Assembly: GCA_021613535.1 (NCBI GenBank)
Contig: CP075492.1
Span: forward strand, 19,654,001-19,718,000
Direction: 5' to 3'
DNA: 64,000 bases
From: Adineta vaga
Taxonomy: Eukaryota > Animalia > Rotifera
The position numbers and the translations under genes are program-made. A model generated the notes under the pieces. That model saw only the letters and a list, made by a program, of their open reading frames with translations, was not told where the DNA came from and did not search any database. Numbering within the stretch: the stretch's first letter is position 1; each line of letters begins with the position of its first letter. This document shows positions 1 through 12,214 of this stretch, piece after piece.

Positions 1-264
1 AAAAAACAAATATTGTTTAAACTTGATCTAATCGATGAGTACGAGTAAGCATGTCTTCTTCTGTGGATTCGATATGACTAAATACACATTGAGATTTCGA
101 ATCTTTTTCATGAAGTCTATATAATCATTAGTATCATCAAAAACATCAATATTTTTCAGAATAGTTTGTGATTGTTTCATTAATTTATGACAATTACGAT
201 TCTCTTGATCGAAACTTTTATCTAGCTAGACTAAAGCAAAGGTTTTTGTTGGTTTGCGATTCAT
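1..264 (-). pseudogene. Relic of the N-terminal domain of an ART-TPR-family gene (runs off the window edge)
   Basis: Manual translation gives MNRKPTKTFALV*LDKSFDQENRNCHKLMKQSQTILKNIDVFDDTNDYIDFMKKIRNLNVYLVIS.../..HRLDQV*TIFVF. This parallels 'VFIWLD...VNTYTDGEQCIQYI...IHDLTQVDSIFIF' of 2877..5282, with stops and a frameshift. Confidence 0.6.
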
Positions 265-1389
265 TACAGATCTGATTTACCTTCAAGTGTTGCTTGAGAT
301 TGGAAAGAAATGTTAATATTGTCTAGGGAATACAAAAAAGGAACACTATTTGCTTTGGTATACTATAACGATGTCAGTTAAATATTTGCAAAAGCAGCTG
401 GAAAATATAAAAATAATATCATGATTTTTGTCGCATGTGTTACGTTTGAGAAAATCAAGTGGAAAATTATTTCATACGAATGAGTTACCAAGATTTTTTT
501 ATTTCTTTCTGCTCATACGATGTTAAAATACTGGGAAAAAATGAGTATACTCTATAGTTAACATTATTAATGAAAAGTTTTCTTTTGAAACAAATATACA
601 AGATTACATGTTGTTAGAATATTTCTTTAGTATTGGTAAATAACAAAAATAAATGACCTTTTTTCATATCCTTTGTGAAGATCCAAAAGCAATTAAAATG
701 AAATACTTTCATATTTGAATATAACACATGGAGTATTGTGTACGATCACCTTCAAATAGTAAAAACAAGCAGGAGAGAATAACTATTCTTTTAAATTCAT
801 TATTTATAGTTCGAATTCTTCGTATTTAAAAGAAAGTAGTGAATAAGTATCCAGTGTATGTCACTTTCAAACATTTTATAAGTATAATTAAAGAATATAA
901 ATGAAAATCTAAATTTTTGTAATGAATTAGTTGATTTAAATAATGTCCTATAACAGAAAGTCGGTGGAAAATCATTTACAAGATTTTAAATTTAACGAAT
1001 AAAAATTCATCCACGACTATTTTGTCGCATAAAAGACATAACGAAAATTGTAGAACTATTTAACAATTAGATATATTGTGTTCCATAAGTTCTTTTTTTA
1101 CAAGTCATCTATCAATTACAGCTTTATATTTATACTGAAATTTTGTTGAATTCCTGTCATTCGATTTGGTGTGTAAAAGAACGAACGGAAACTTTGTTCA
1201 TTGTTTATTAATCTTTTAAATCGCCATAACTTTTCATTTTACTCAAGAAAAAATTGAACTTCAAGGTAATTTACGGAATTTTTGTTCCATACTATATGTT
1301 TTATTTCTCGAAACAAATACTTCTTTGTATAGAAAAGAACACATTCAATGACATTTTAATTCTTATTATCATTCATTTGTATTTTCAAG

Positions 1390-2304
1390 TTAATCATTTA
1401 TAAGTACTGAATTTGAAGGAACTATTTGATTATTTTTGTATTCACGAATCATTGATATAAATTCGATAACTAAATTGACGGCCATTAGTGAATTGACAGT
1501 GATTGAATTAGTAGAGCCCCAGAAACCGATTCCATATGAAATGAACGTCGCAACAAAAATTCCTAATATAGTGATAATTATTATACACGTAAGTATACAC
1601 CTGCAGTTTGAACACACAGGTTCAGTAACGATCTGGCCAGTATGAGTACGCTGTACTTTTACAAAGCATTTGCTGCAACAGTAGCCTATCAATAATAATA
1701 CGCCGGAAAAGACCAATTGGCAGAAAAGGATTATATTTAGAGAAGAGTAAGATGCTAACACAAAATTCATTAGAAATGATACGTCTAATTGAATACAATC
1801 TTGCTTGTAGTCAATTATTGTGAATGGAAAGTAACACGGTGCGTACATTACACGAGATAAATTCATTACTAAACGCTTAAAAAAATTAGTTGTTTTACTC
1901 CAATTACGACCAACATAGATTGCGATGATATATTTCACTATAAATAATCCAATAATTATAGTACTTCCTAACAAATATTCTAGAATTGAATATTTTCGTT
2001 CATCCATCTGTTTATTATTTTTGCCTGCGTGATTCAATATTAATTCAGCTTCGTCTTCCGTAAACTTCGTACATAATTTAGTGGTGACGTGCGAATAATC
2101 AATATCTTTCTTATATATAGTACCATTTAGAAATTCATATTCGACCTTACTATATGGCAAATAACCCATGAAAAGAGTAAATATAATAATGGTTATTGTG
2201 ATCAACGCTTGAGGGACTTCAAATGTCAAAATAAAGATCGTCTTCGATTTCATTTGTCGTGTGATACAAATATTGTTAAAAAAATAAAATCTTACATCAC
2301 ACAA
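1390..2304 (-). CDS. Intronless multi-pass membrane protein of unknown function (probable ATG at 2253)
   Basis: 304-codon ORF with about 5 hydrophobic segments and juxtamembrane Cys clusters (GYCCSKC, CSNCRC); no recognisable family motif. Confidence 0.6.
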   Translation of the reverse strand: MCDVRFYFFNNICITRQMKSKTIFILTFEVPQALITITIIIFTLFMGYLPYSKVEYEFLNGTIYKKDIDYSHVTTKLCTKFTEDEAELILNHAGKNNKQMDERKYSILEYLLGSTIIIGLFIVKYIIAIYVGRNWSKTTNFFKRLVMNLSRVMYAPCYFPFTIIDYKQDCIQLDVSFLMNFVLASYSSLNIILFCQLVFSGVLLLIGYCCSKCFVKVQRTHTGQIVTEPVCSNCRCILTCIIIITILGIFVATFISYGIGFWGSTNSITVNSLMAVNLVIEFISMIREYKNNQIVPSNSVLIND

Positions 2305-2646
2305 AAAAAAGACTTCTCTTTTTGTTTTTTTTCTATTAGATAAGATATCAAATAGTTTTCATCGAAACGAAAAAGATAAACTTTCAGACTAAAGCATTTT
2401 TTTATGTTTTCTTATCATCGATGATTAACCAATGCATTTCAATAAATGTTTGTAATCGCTTTGAAATATAATTAGTATAATTTAAGACCCCCACCACACC
2501 CACTCTAAAAATGTTTTTTCCCCAGAACGCTCAATCTTATTAAAATTTTTATTGAATACGTATCTGATCATCGATAGTTCTCAGTAAAAATTTGAGATCA
2601 TAATATTGAGTTTTTCGCAAGTTATTGTAACATCAAGGTTCAAAAA

Positions 2647-2720
2647 GGGTGTGGGGGTGGATGTGAGTAATACATCTTTCTATCATCCACACCTACACCC
2701 ACACCCACCCACAACCTCAA
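2647..2720. repeat. Head-to-head telomeric-repeat foldback
   Basis: gggtgtgggggtggatgtgag, ~17-nt spacer, catccacacctacacccacacccacccacaacctcaa. Confidence 0.75.
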
Positions 2721-2876
2721 GATGTTTTCAAAGCACGTGTCTTCTGTAAACATGTATATTGCATATCTTACTGTGATGGGTGGTAGTTCACAATCAGCAG
2801 AGTTTCTTCTGTATGCGCGCGTTTTTCTCTTTAGTAATTAGTTTTCTTTTTCATATAGCAGAAAAATAGATACGAG

Positions 2877-5282
2877 TTACAATTTATTTTTTACACGTTC
2901 CAGATTATTTCTAATGCGCTGCAGATGTGGGTGATCTGGCGGTAATGATTTTTGTCCAATTTCGATAGCACGTTCGAAAAATAAACAAGCTTTTGAATAG
3001 TTTTTCATGTTTTCATGTACTAAACCTATATTGTTGTACGACATCGCGAAATGAGGATGACTTGGAGGGAGTGATTGTTGTTGAATTGCAAGAGCTTTTT
3101 CATGATATGAGAGTGCTTGTGGATAGTCACCCATTTTGGTATACACCATACCGATATTGTTGTAAGATCCAGCCAAATCAGGATGATTTAATGGAAGTGA
3201 ATGTTGTTTAATTTTAAGATCTTTTTCATAATATGAAAGTGCTCTTGGATAATCACCCATGTCGAAATGTAGTAAACCGATACATATGTAAGAAGTGGCT
3301 AAATCAGGATGATTTGATGGAAGTGAATCTTGTCGAATTACAAATGCTTTTTCATAATATGAAAGTGCTTTTGGATAGTCTTTCATGTTTTTATACACTC
3401 CACCGATGTTGTTGTAAGATGAAGCCAAGTTAGGATGGTTTGATGGAAGTGATTGTTGTCGAATTGCAAGAGCTTTTTCATAATACGAAAGAGCTTGCGG
3501 ATGATCGCCCATCTTATCATACACCATACCAATGTTGTTGTAAGATAAAGCCAAGTTAGGATGATTTGAAGGAAAAGATTGTTGTAGAATTACAAAGGCT
3601 TTCTTATGAAACGAAAGTGCTTGTGGATAGTCACCCATCTTATCATACAACAAACCAATGTTGTTGTAAGATCCAGCCAAATCAGGATGATCAGGAGGAA
3701 GTGAATGTTGTTTAATTTTAAGATCTTTTTCATGATATGAGAGTGATTTTGGATAGTCGCCCATATCGGAATACGCTACACCAATGAAGCTGTAACATTT
3801 AGCTAACTCAGGATCTTGAGGAGAAAGAGTTTTTTCCTGAATGGCTAGTGATTTTTTATGGTATGTAATTGCCTCTGCATATTCTCCACGATTGTATTTG
3901 ATATAACCAAGTTGACTATAAATCGGTGCCTTTCTACTCTCCTTCACCTCTTGGTCAAGTAATATTTCATAGATCTCTTCAGCCTTCTCATTTTGACCCA
4001 TTTTTATCAGTACTAAACCTAATCTGGGCCATCCATTTGCATGAGGAAAACTGTCTTTTCGAATCCGTTCAGTAACTGCATCCAGTTGTTTGTCGTTATC
4101 ACTCGTCAATGTCAAACTCACTTCATAGAGTCTGTTATTTTCATCTATCGTTTTCATTTCATGAATGCGAAATATACTGTGCATTGAAAATAATATTTCA
4201 TCTTCTTCTGAAAAATCACTAATACCAGAAATCGAAGCAAATGGCACTCTTGATTGTTTTGGATCAATTTGCATCATAAAAAGAATTCCAACTAGATCAG
4301 GATTATTTGCGTTATTTTTTGCAAAACCAAGTGAGATTTCACGTTTCTTGCTAGTTGATAAGAAATTGTTAAATGATATTAATCCACCAATTGTCTGTTT
4401 CATTTGTTCAAAATCTGCGTTTGATAAACCTTGTCCCCGATACACTATGAAGATTTCAGAAAAAGATTGTTCTTTATGTAGTTGTTCAATATGTCGATGC
4501 AAATCATTGATAAAGAAACCCATTTGTATTATAATATCACCATCCATCATTCGAATTCCGCGATTCAACATCCGGTAGAAGAAACATTCATAAGTATACC
4601 ACCATACTGGTTGTTTTTGATGATATGTGCGTTCCAATAGTTTCACATTTTCCAGTTCTTCTGGATTATCATCAAAAACTTCACGACAATATTTGACGTA
4701 AGCTTGAATATGTTTATCATTGAAATCAATGGTTAGTAAGATTTCTTTGAGTATCTGTGTATACATAAATGTTGGATGTAATTGATCCAAATTTTTACTA
4801 TCCTTAACAAAACTTATAGACATCGCATTTTGTTCACATTGTTGTACTGCTTGTTTGAGAGCATCACAAATCGGTTTGATTTCTGTAAAAACTCCTTTGA
4901 TTTTTGGCCATTCTTTAGCCCATTGTTCATGATGTTTCTTGTTTCCACAAAAAATAAAAATCGAATCCACTTGAGTCAAATCATGTATACGAGGTGCAAG
5001 ATGTTCTCCAAGTGAACCTGACATAATCATACAGGCCTTACGATCCTGAATTGTTTCAATGTATTGAATACATTGTTCACCATCTGTGTATGTATTGACA
5101 TCACCAACAACACGTCGTAGTTGAGCCATAATAATCTGGCAATCTTTGTTGTTACCATCAATAGTACTGTCTAACCATATAAAAACGACATTTTGCACCT
5201 TCTGAATATTAATCCGCCCACGTCGATATGCTTCATTTGAGACTTGGGCTGCTGATTGAGTTGATTTAATGTTGCTTGCCAT
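2877..5282 (-). CDS. ARTC-type (R-S-E) ADP-ribosyltransferase with C-terminal TPR array
   Basis: 801-aa intact ORF. Motifs VYRGQ, NNFLSTS and EEDEILF; about 9 TPR units of ~42 aa (HPDLAGSYNNIGxxYxxMGDYPxALSYHEKAL); N-terminal 'IWLD...SIFIFC' domain. Confidence 0.9.
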   Translation of the reverse strand: MASNIKSTQSAAQVSNEAYRRGRINIQKVQNVVFIWLDSTIDGNNKDCQIIMAQLRRVVGDVNTYTDGEQCIQYIETIQDRKACMIMSGSLGEHLAPRIHDLTQVDSIFIFCGNKKHHEQWAKEWPKIKGVFTEIKPICDALKQAVQQCEQNAMSISFVKDSKNLDQLHPTFMYTQILKEILLTIDFNDKHIQAYVKYCREVFDDNPEELENVKLLERTYHQKQPVWWYTYECFFYRMLNRGIRMMDGDIIIQMGFFINDLHRHIEQLHKEQSFSEIFIVYRGQGLSNADFEQMKQTIGGLISFNNFLSTSKKREISLGFAKNNANNPDLVGILFMMQIDPKQSRVPFASISGISDFSEEDEILFSMHSIFRIHEMKTIDENNRLYEVSLTLTSDNDKQLDAVTERIRKDSFPHANGWPRLGLVLIKMGQNEKAEEIYEILLDQEVKESRKAPIYSQLGYIKYNRGEYAEAITYHKKSLAIQEKTLSPQDPELAKCYSFIGVAYSDMGDYPKSLSYHEKDLKIKQHSLPPDHPDLAGSYNNIGLLYDKMGDYPQALSFHKKAFVILQQSFPSNHPNLALSYNNIGMVYDKMGDHPQALSYYEKALAIRQQSLPSNHPNLASSYNNIGGVYKNMKDYPKALSYYEKAFVIRQDSLPSNHPDLATSYICIGLLHFDMGDYPRALSYYEKDLKIKQHSLPLNHPDLAGSYNNIGMVYTKMGDYPQALSYHEKALAIQQQSLPPSHPHFAMSYNNIGLVHENMKNYSKACLFFERAIEIGQKSLPPDHPHLQRIRNNLERVKNKL

Positions 5283-5917
5283 TGATTTCGTTTGTTGTTT
5301 GATAATTTGCGTAGACAGACAAAGAACAAAAAGAATGAAGTTTTTACGCGTAAAAAGCGCACATTTATGTGTTAGAATAAATTTTCAGATTGGAGAGAAA
5401 GAATCGAAACAGCATTGGCTATTAAAAACTCGACTTTTTCTTTGAAACAATTTTTTAACGGGTAGAAACGCCGTTTTTTTTGTTCCTTATCTGCCGGGGT
5501 GGTAGTGGTTGTGAGTTTTAATCATTTTAATACTTTGTTGCAAGATACTTTTTCTTTTATTGCAAAAAAACGTATTTTTTCTACTTTTTGATGATTGTTA
5601 AATTTCTCTGAATAATGTGAATCAAGGTGAGAGTGTAAATTTGAATATTTATCCTTTATTAATACCAACATCCACGTAAAAATGGAAGATTTCACTCAAT
5701 AATGTTTGCTAATATGTGCCGAAACATTCCCAGGACGATTAATCTGGGGTTTGAATTCTACCGGATCTTGTCTGATTTATTGAGAGCTTTCAATATCATA
5801 AGTACTAAGAAAACTACGAAGGATACAAAAGGATAAAACGTGCAAAATGAACTACTCACCTCATTTTAATTCACACTCAAACTATTCCACATCCACGATT
5901 TAACTTTATTTTTAACA

Positions 5918-6560
5918 TTAACGAGAATCTGCTCTTGCTAATAACTGCTCCAGCGTAGTTTCATTTGTACAACATATTTGATCAGCACATATTTCCACGA
6001 GACGTATATAGTAATCGAGAAATTCTTTAGCTTTTTCATCAGTCTCTATTTCGTGAACCATTGAAAAGTCAAGTTGACCATCGCCTACACAAGTAACATA
6101 TATATATTTGTTCCAGAACGATAACAGCTGCAGTTATTGGTAAGATGTAAACCTCGTATTTTCAAAGTATTTTGTTGATAATCACATGAAAAAGGATATT
6201 TACCAAGATTCGAATAAGACATTTCACCTGTACGTCCAGCTAATCCGGATCGACCTAGTTCACGAAGATTGCGGTCGTCTTTGCGAAGTTCAGCAAAAAT
6301 ATGCATTGTTAATGAAATACCATCTCGTTTCATCGCATTTCGTGTCATGGACAATGATTCAAGTGCCAATGTCCAAAATCGAGTTGAATATGATTTTTTA
6401 GTATTAGCTCATGCATACCAATGAAAATGCTAACTGATGAACTAGATAAGGGAGATCCAGATAGACTGATGAACTAGATAAGGGAGATCCAGATAGACGC
6501 TTGCGCATATCAAATGCACTACTAATTTCGAATGGTTTTAATCGAGTATTTTTATCAAGT
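5918..6560 (-). pseudogene. C-terminal fragment of a CoA-dependent acyltransferase/condensation-like protein
   Basis: Pieces FEISSAFDMRKRL, FWTLALES, MSYSNLGKYPF and YVTCVGDGQLDFSMVH lie in different frames. A 32-bp tandem duplication (6433-6496) and other frameshifts disrupt it; no 5' half is visible. Confidence 0.5.
6433..6496. repeat. Perfect 32-bp tandem duplication
   Basis: actgatgaactagataagggagatccagatag occurs at 6433-6464 and 6465-6496. Confidence 0.9.
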
Positions 6561-6600
6561 AGAAAACAATGATAAACTACTAAGAGAAGACAAGAAAAAA

Positions 6601-6666
6601 GGGTGTAGGTGTGGGCGGATATTAGAAAGATGTAGTATCCACACCCACCCACACCCACACCCGCCC
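6601..6666. repeat. Head-to-head telomeric-repeat foldback
   Basis: gggtgtaggtgtgggcggat, spacer, atccacacccacccacacccacacccgccc. Confidence 0.8.
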
Positions 6667-7463
6667 TAGCTTCTAGTACACTTTTTTCTGGATTTTGTTA
6701 ATAAACTACGATCATAAATACCATGAGGGTGTGGATGTGAGATATGAAATACATTCATGCACATTGTTTTTACAGCGTCTCGGCCAAAAGGTTTTAATAG
6801 CTGTTCCTGTCCACGTGTCAACATGAAATATGTTCTCTTTCACTGCTTATTTTCTAACATTACGAAGCTATTCTGGTTTCTTAACTGCGGCGAGAGTGAA
6901 GATAAGGCAGCCATATTGTGACGCATGTCAGTGTTGCTTACAAGTTTTATCTGGTGTTTGTAACTAAAGTATATCTGTTGACTAAATTGAAAATTCGTTA
7001 CCGTTGTAAACTGTAAGTGAGTTAAATGTGTAGGTTTTTGCTTCTGTCTATTGTTTAGCGTATTTGATGTCAAAAGAATGTTCTTCTGATTCTTTTTTTG
7101 AGATCAGCTAGGTTTATTAACGAAAAACTCAGTCGTTCGAAAATTACGTTTATTTCGTACTAATATTAAATTAGAAAATGTTTGAGTTTCTCAAACTTAA
7201 CTCTCTACTCAAATCGAACTATAATAGAAGGGCTCTATCAATGGCATTCAGGTCAAATTCTGAGTATTTAACAAGATGCTCGATCTAACCATGCAGGAGA
7301 TTCAATCCGAGATAAAGACCTTTCTCGCAAAGGTGTGGGTATAGGTAATGAGAACACACATCCCCAAGATGGGCCTTCCTGTTCAATTAGAGAAAATGCA
7401 TTTCAGATTTTTTTTTCTATCAATACTCATAACACATACAGGTTGTATCACTGATCTTGATAC

Positions 7464-10400
7464 ATGGCTTCAAAGATTCACAAAAATCAAACAGACATCA
7501 TGCTTTCCACTAATCAGTCGACCAACTACGATCATGAACAGATTGAACTAACGCATCAACGTAACGAACATACAGAATGTCACGATAAGCAAAATCAACA
7601 ACAGAACCGATCGAAACTATCTCGAAAACAAACAATGAAATACCGTTTTTCGAAGCTGTGAGAGCTCAACAACAAGCTACACCAACAACTGGACCATATA
7701 GTCAAAATAATCGAACTGAACGAAAATCATCAGGTAGACATTTACTTTATAAACTTATTCCTAATGATTTAATATTTGTATTTTATAAGTATGGCAAACT
7801 AAAGACAGATCACAGGATATGATCGATATGTCGCTGGACAAAGTAATTCATTCTCTTGTCGTCGTCGTCATCATCATGTTACTAAAAGTATTCTGTTTAT
7901 TAGGTACAAACCGCGATTAACATCGAAGAACCAATTCATCAGCATTTGGAGTCATTGAAATTTTGTTTTAATCAAACTTTAGTCAAGCATCTTTCAACCA
8001 ACGACGGTGTTCAAGAACGATTGATCATATATAATAAATTATATAATATTATCCTCGCTAGACAACCAGGTAATGAACAAAAATATTTGCTCAATTCTTT
8101 GTTGATTCTGTATCATTCTCTTAAATAGATTCTAAGATTACTTTATATGGTGCTTTTCTATTTAAATGTGGCTTAGGCAAGTTAAGCAAAATAGATATCG
8201 ATGTGCAGTTCGAAGAACCATCGGAATACGATCCAATGTACACACTGCTCGATATTATTCGTGATTCTGGTATGTGACCGTTTTTCAAGCTCTTTTTTAC
8301 GAGAGAATAAAAAAATCGCGAATGTAAGTTCTATATCTATAGTCTCTGTTATTGTTGTTAGGACTTTGCGGTGAGTCTCGTTTCGACACTGATCATGATG
8401 TGCCGTATATTGATTTGCTTATATGTGATTCGAACATAAATGTGCGATTAACATCTGGTTATAACGATGCAATTAACTTATCAAAATTGATTCAAATTTA
8501 TACAAAATTTGATCAACGTGTTCTTCAATTACTTCGACTCATACGTGTTCTCGCAAAGGTTTGTCTTCTTATGATTAGAAAATGATCATAGAATATGTAT
8601 CTTTTCTTAAAGGTAAGCAACCTTGACAGACCAGATTTGGGCACTCTTCATCCCGTAGTTTTTCATGTAATGGTCATTCACTTCTTACAACAACTTGAAA
8701 ACCCGGTTTTACCATGTCTTCACGAATATGTAAGATTATTTTACTGTGTTAATAAATGCAATAGAGTTCTTCATTTCCGAAATAAAGGCGTTTGGTGTTG
8801 AACATGTACCAATAAAACTAAGAGACCATCAATATGATGATTTCTTTCGTTTATGCAATCAATATACTCGTAAATGGAAATCTAAAAATACAACTAACAT
8901 CGAAATGCTTTTTCTTCAATTCTTATCTTACTATGTTGAAAAATTCGATGCAAAAAAATTCATTATATCTATACAAACTCGAATGCCTATTTTAAAAATC
9001 GGCAACAGACAACGTAAAACTAAATTGATTTGCGAAGGTAATTTAGCTACCTCTTGATTTTATTGATAAGTATCTTTCTATATGCAGATCCGATATTTAT
9101 TACTAAAAATTTATGTTCAACAATGCAAGCGACTTGTTCACATATTTATTTTCGGCAAGTACTCAAAAATAGTCTTGAATATTTTTGTAGCACACATGAG
9201 AAAAATTCAACCAATGAAAATAAAAACGAATCCTTAGACAACAGAACTATCAATGCAGTACACAATTCATATCAATTGTTTGTTCAAGACATACTTTCAA
9301 GCGTTAGATTCGATGTGAAAATGACTCAGAAGGATATACGTCAGTTATATTTTCATACATTTGACAAGAAGAACATTCCACTGCCAGAACCAATACTTAA
9401 ATCGAATAAAGCTAATCGGCAATTATGTCTAGATAAAAATGACAACGAAAACGAAATTCAAGATGTATTTCAACCTTATTTCCAAGAGAATATGAAGATA
9501 TTCGATAGCAATTATGACGATAATGTAATTACACCGATACAAATAAGTAGCGACAGTAACAAAGAACTGAATAATAAGTTAGTGAATGTTTATCATTGAG
9601 GATACTATGTCGACGATTATTTACATCTTCTAGTGAATCATCACTGATGTCGAATAATGAAAAGTCAAGTAATATTCAAGAAATACAAAACTTTCATGTC
9701 AATGAAAGTGATACGGAACCAGTGATGAGATCGTTCGAAACGCTCTGTCAAAATATTAATAAGAAACAAAGACGAATATTACACAGAGAATTTGAACGAC
9801 AAGGTAATTATTATCAAAGTTGAGGGTGGTGGGTGTGGGCAAGGATTGTAGATAAGATGTCAGCCGATGATCTGTCTCTCACTCACATTTACACCCTCAA
9901 ATTTTCCGATTCTCCTTTGCGTGCTGCATTTCGTTCTAGGTGAAGTTGTTAACGATAAAGTGCTACAATTGTTTAACAGTTTCAACCTGCAAACAATAGT
10001 TCTACCAGATTTATCATCAGCAATCGATAAATCTCATACTGAATCTGAGCATTTATTATCCAGTCAAGACGAGACGATTCCATCGAATTTATTAGAAACC
10101 AGCTCTCATCATAATTCTACTGTGCTCTTCTACGATTTTCAAGCAGAAAATTTTGGTGCTGAACAGGCATGAAATTAGTATTCATAAGAGGAATCGAATG
10201 TATATTATTACTTGTATCTAGGGTGCTCCAGTAGTATGTGTTTCATGCTATGAAAGTGGTCATATTAAGTCCAACTGTCCTAAAGAGTCTACTCCAAATG
10301 TGGTAGAAATAAATCAAGAATGGGAAGATATTCTTTCTAAACTTTGTCGATATATTACTGGTGCATATCTTTGCTATAATTTCATGATTCTATTCTGACT

Positions 10401-11967
10401 CTTTTACAGAACGCTATAGACTAACAAGAAATGATATTGAAAATCGTAAACAACTTGTACGTCATCTTCAAACTCAATATCAGAAAATCTATCCCGAATG
10501 TAAATTACAAGCATATGGCTCATTTTGTAATGGATTTGGTTTTCAACAAAGTGATCTTGACATCTGTATATATATAAAAGAAAATGTATGTTTTAGTGTT
10601 AAGAAATTCCAATAATTCTACCTATTTCATTTCTCTTCTAGATACATGAAGATAATGTTCGTATTCTAGAGAAGTTATCTCGATCAATGTGCTGTAATAC
10701 ATTTGAATATGTACGTGTAATCGACTACATTAAAGTACCTATAATTCGATCAAAACATTCGCAATTAAATATTGAATTCGATATAAGCATTCACAATAAA
10801 CTTGTATGTTAATTATCTTTCATTATAATATAATTGATACATTTTTTCTTAGGCTATTGAGAACACGAATTTACTAAAAACTTATGCGAATATTGATTCA
10901 CGTGTAGTTGAACTTGGTTATATGATCAAATATTTAGTTAAAGTATGAAAAATAATTTCATTAATTATATATTATTGTCTTGTATGATAAGTTCATTGAT
11001 GTCAAAGATTGTCGCAAATTGTCAAGTTATGCATATATTATAATGGTTATTCATTTTCTTCAGCAAATTCAACCACCTGTCTTGCCTGTTCTTCAACAAG
11101 TTTTTTCTTGTGTTTTTTTGTTTTGTTTTCATAGACATAAACATGTATGTTCTAGTTGATCGATAATTCATCAACAAACAATTCGCCGATTCGAAAATAT
11201 GATCGATGGAATGTTTATTTCTTTAATGATTTAAATAGACTTGTATGGGATGATTTATATTTGATATTTAACGATCTATTCTTATTTAGAAAGAAATATG
11301 GAGTAAACAGAATGAGCCGAATACAATGTCATCTGGTGCTCTATGGATTGCTTTTTTACGTTATTATACACAAGATTTTAATTATGCGAAACGTATTATT
11401 ACAATTCGGCAATATGAACCATTATTACGTGTTGATAAACGATGGTATGGTAACACAATTGCTATTGAAGATCCATTCGAATTGTATCGTAATCTAGCTG
11501 AATATCTTCGAATACAGGGTACGTATTTATCAAACTTTTTTTTGTTTCTAACTAAAACTAATATTTAAACTGTTATCCTTTACTTCATTACAGAATGGAC
11601 AACTATCCGCAATGTATTTATGCATGTTCGAGATCATTTTTGTCTGCAACCAGCAAATTTTAGTATGATGGACTTGGATATGTCATCAATTCAGGTGATA
11701 GTTTCTATCTATCATATAAGTTTTGATTTAAACAATACAATTTGATTATTTCAGGAACATTTCTTTAATATCAATGAATTAAATCGGAAGATTTCACCTG
11801 AATTACTTCAAACATGTAATGGTACTAGTAACATTGATGAACAATCTGAAAAATTGATATCATCAGTTCACATTACTCTTCCTGAACATCATTTGCATTT
11901 GGTCACTGATGAAAAATCGTCGATTAGTGATGAATCGAATGAGAATATTCAAGAGGACAACAATTAA
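7464..11967 (+). CDS. TUT4/TUT7-like terminal nucleotidyltransferase, multi-exon (5' end uncertain)
   Basis: Degenerate first NTase module (LYGAFLFKCG...IDIDVQF; DRPDLGTLHPVVFHVMVIHFLQQ). CCHC knuckle CVSCYESGHIKSNC at ~10237-10278. Catalytic module AYGSFCNGFGFQQSDLDICI, EFDISIHN, LSSYAYIIMVIHFLQQ and PAP-associated IAIEDPFELYRNLA. Stop TAA at 11965-11967. Confidence 0.85.
9820..9900. repeat. Head-to-head telomeric-repeat foldback in a TUTase intron
   Basis: ttgagggtggtgggtgtggg ... ctcactcacatttacaccctcaa; the terminal 9 bp are a perfect inverted repeat. Confidence 0.75.
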
Positions 11968-12093
11968 GATCATAACTTGCTGAAACTTTAATATTTTGCT
12001 TATTATTACTCTTACATATATTTAAAAATTGTAAGGGCAAAATTCAGAATAAAAATTGGAGAACTATAGCAATTTTTATTAGTGTTTTATAAA

Positions 12094-12162
12094 GGGTGAG
12101 GGGTGAGGGGTGAGGGTGTGAATAAGAGAAGGATATCCTCTCCACACACTCACACGCCTTCA
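12094..12162. repeat. Head-to-head telomeric-repeat foldback
   Basis: gggtgaggggtgaggggtgagggtgtg, spacer, ccacacactcacacgccttca. Confidence 0.7.
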
Positions 12163-12214
12163 TTTTTATCCATCTCTAAAGAAAAAAGCAAAAAGAAAAG
12201 AAATGCGAGTACGA

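Noticed and set aside
2993-5015. Plus-strand ORFs overlapping the ART-TPR gene (and similar antisense ORFs over other genes)
   Set aside because: They are antisense shadows of real coding sequence with no motifs of their own.
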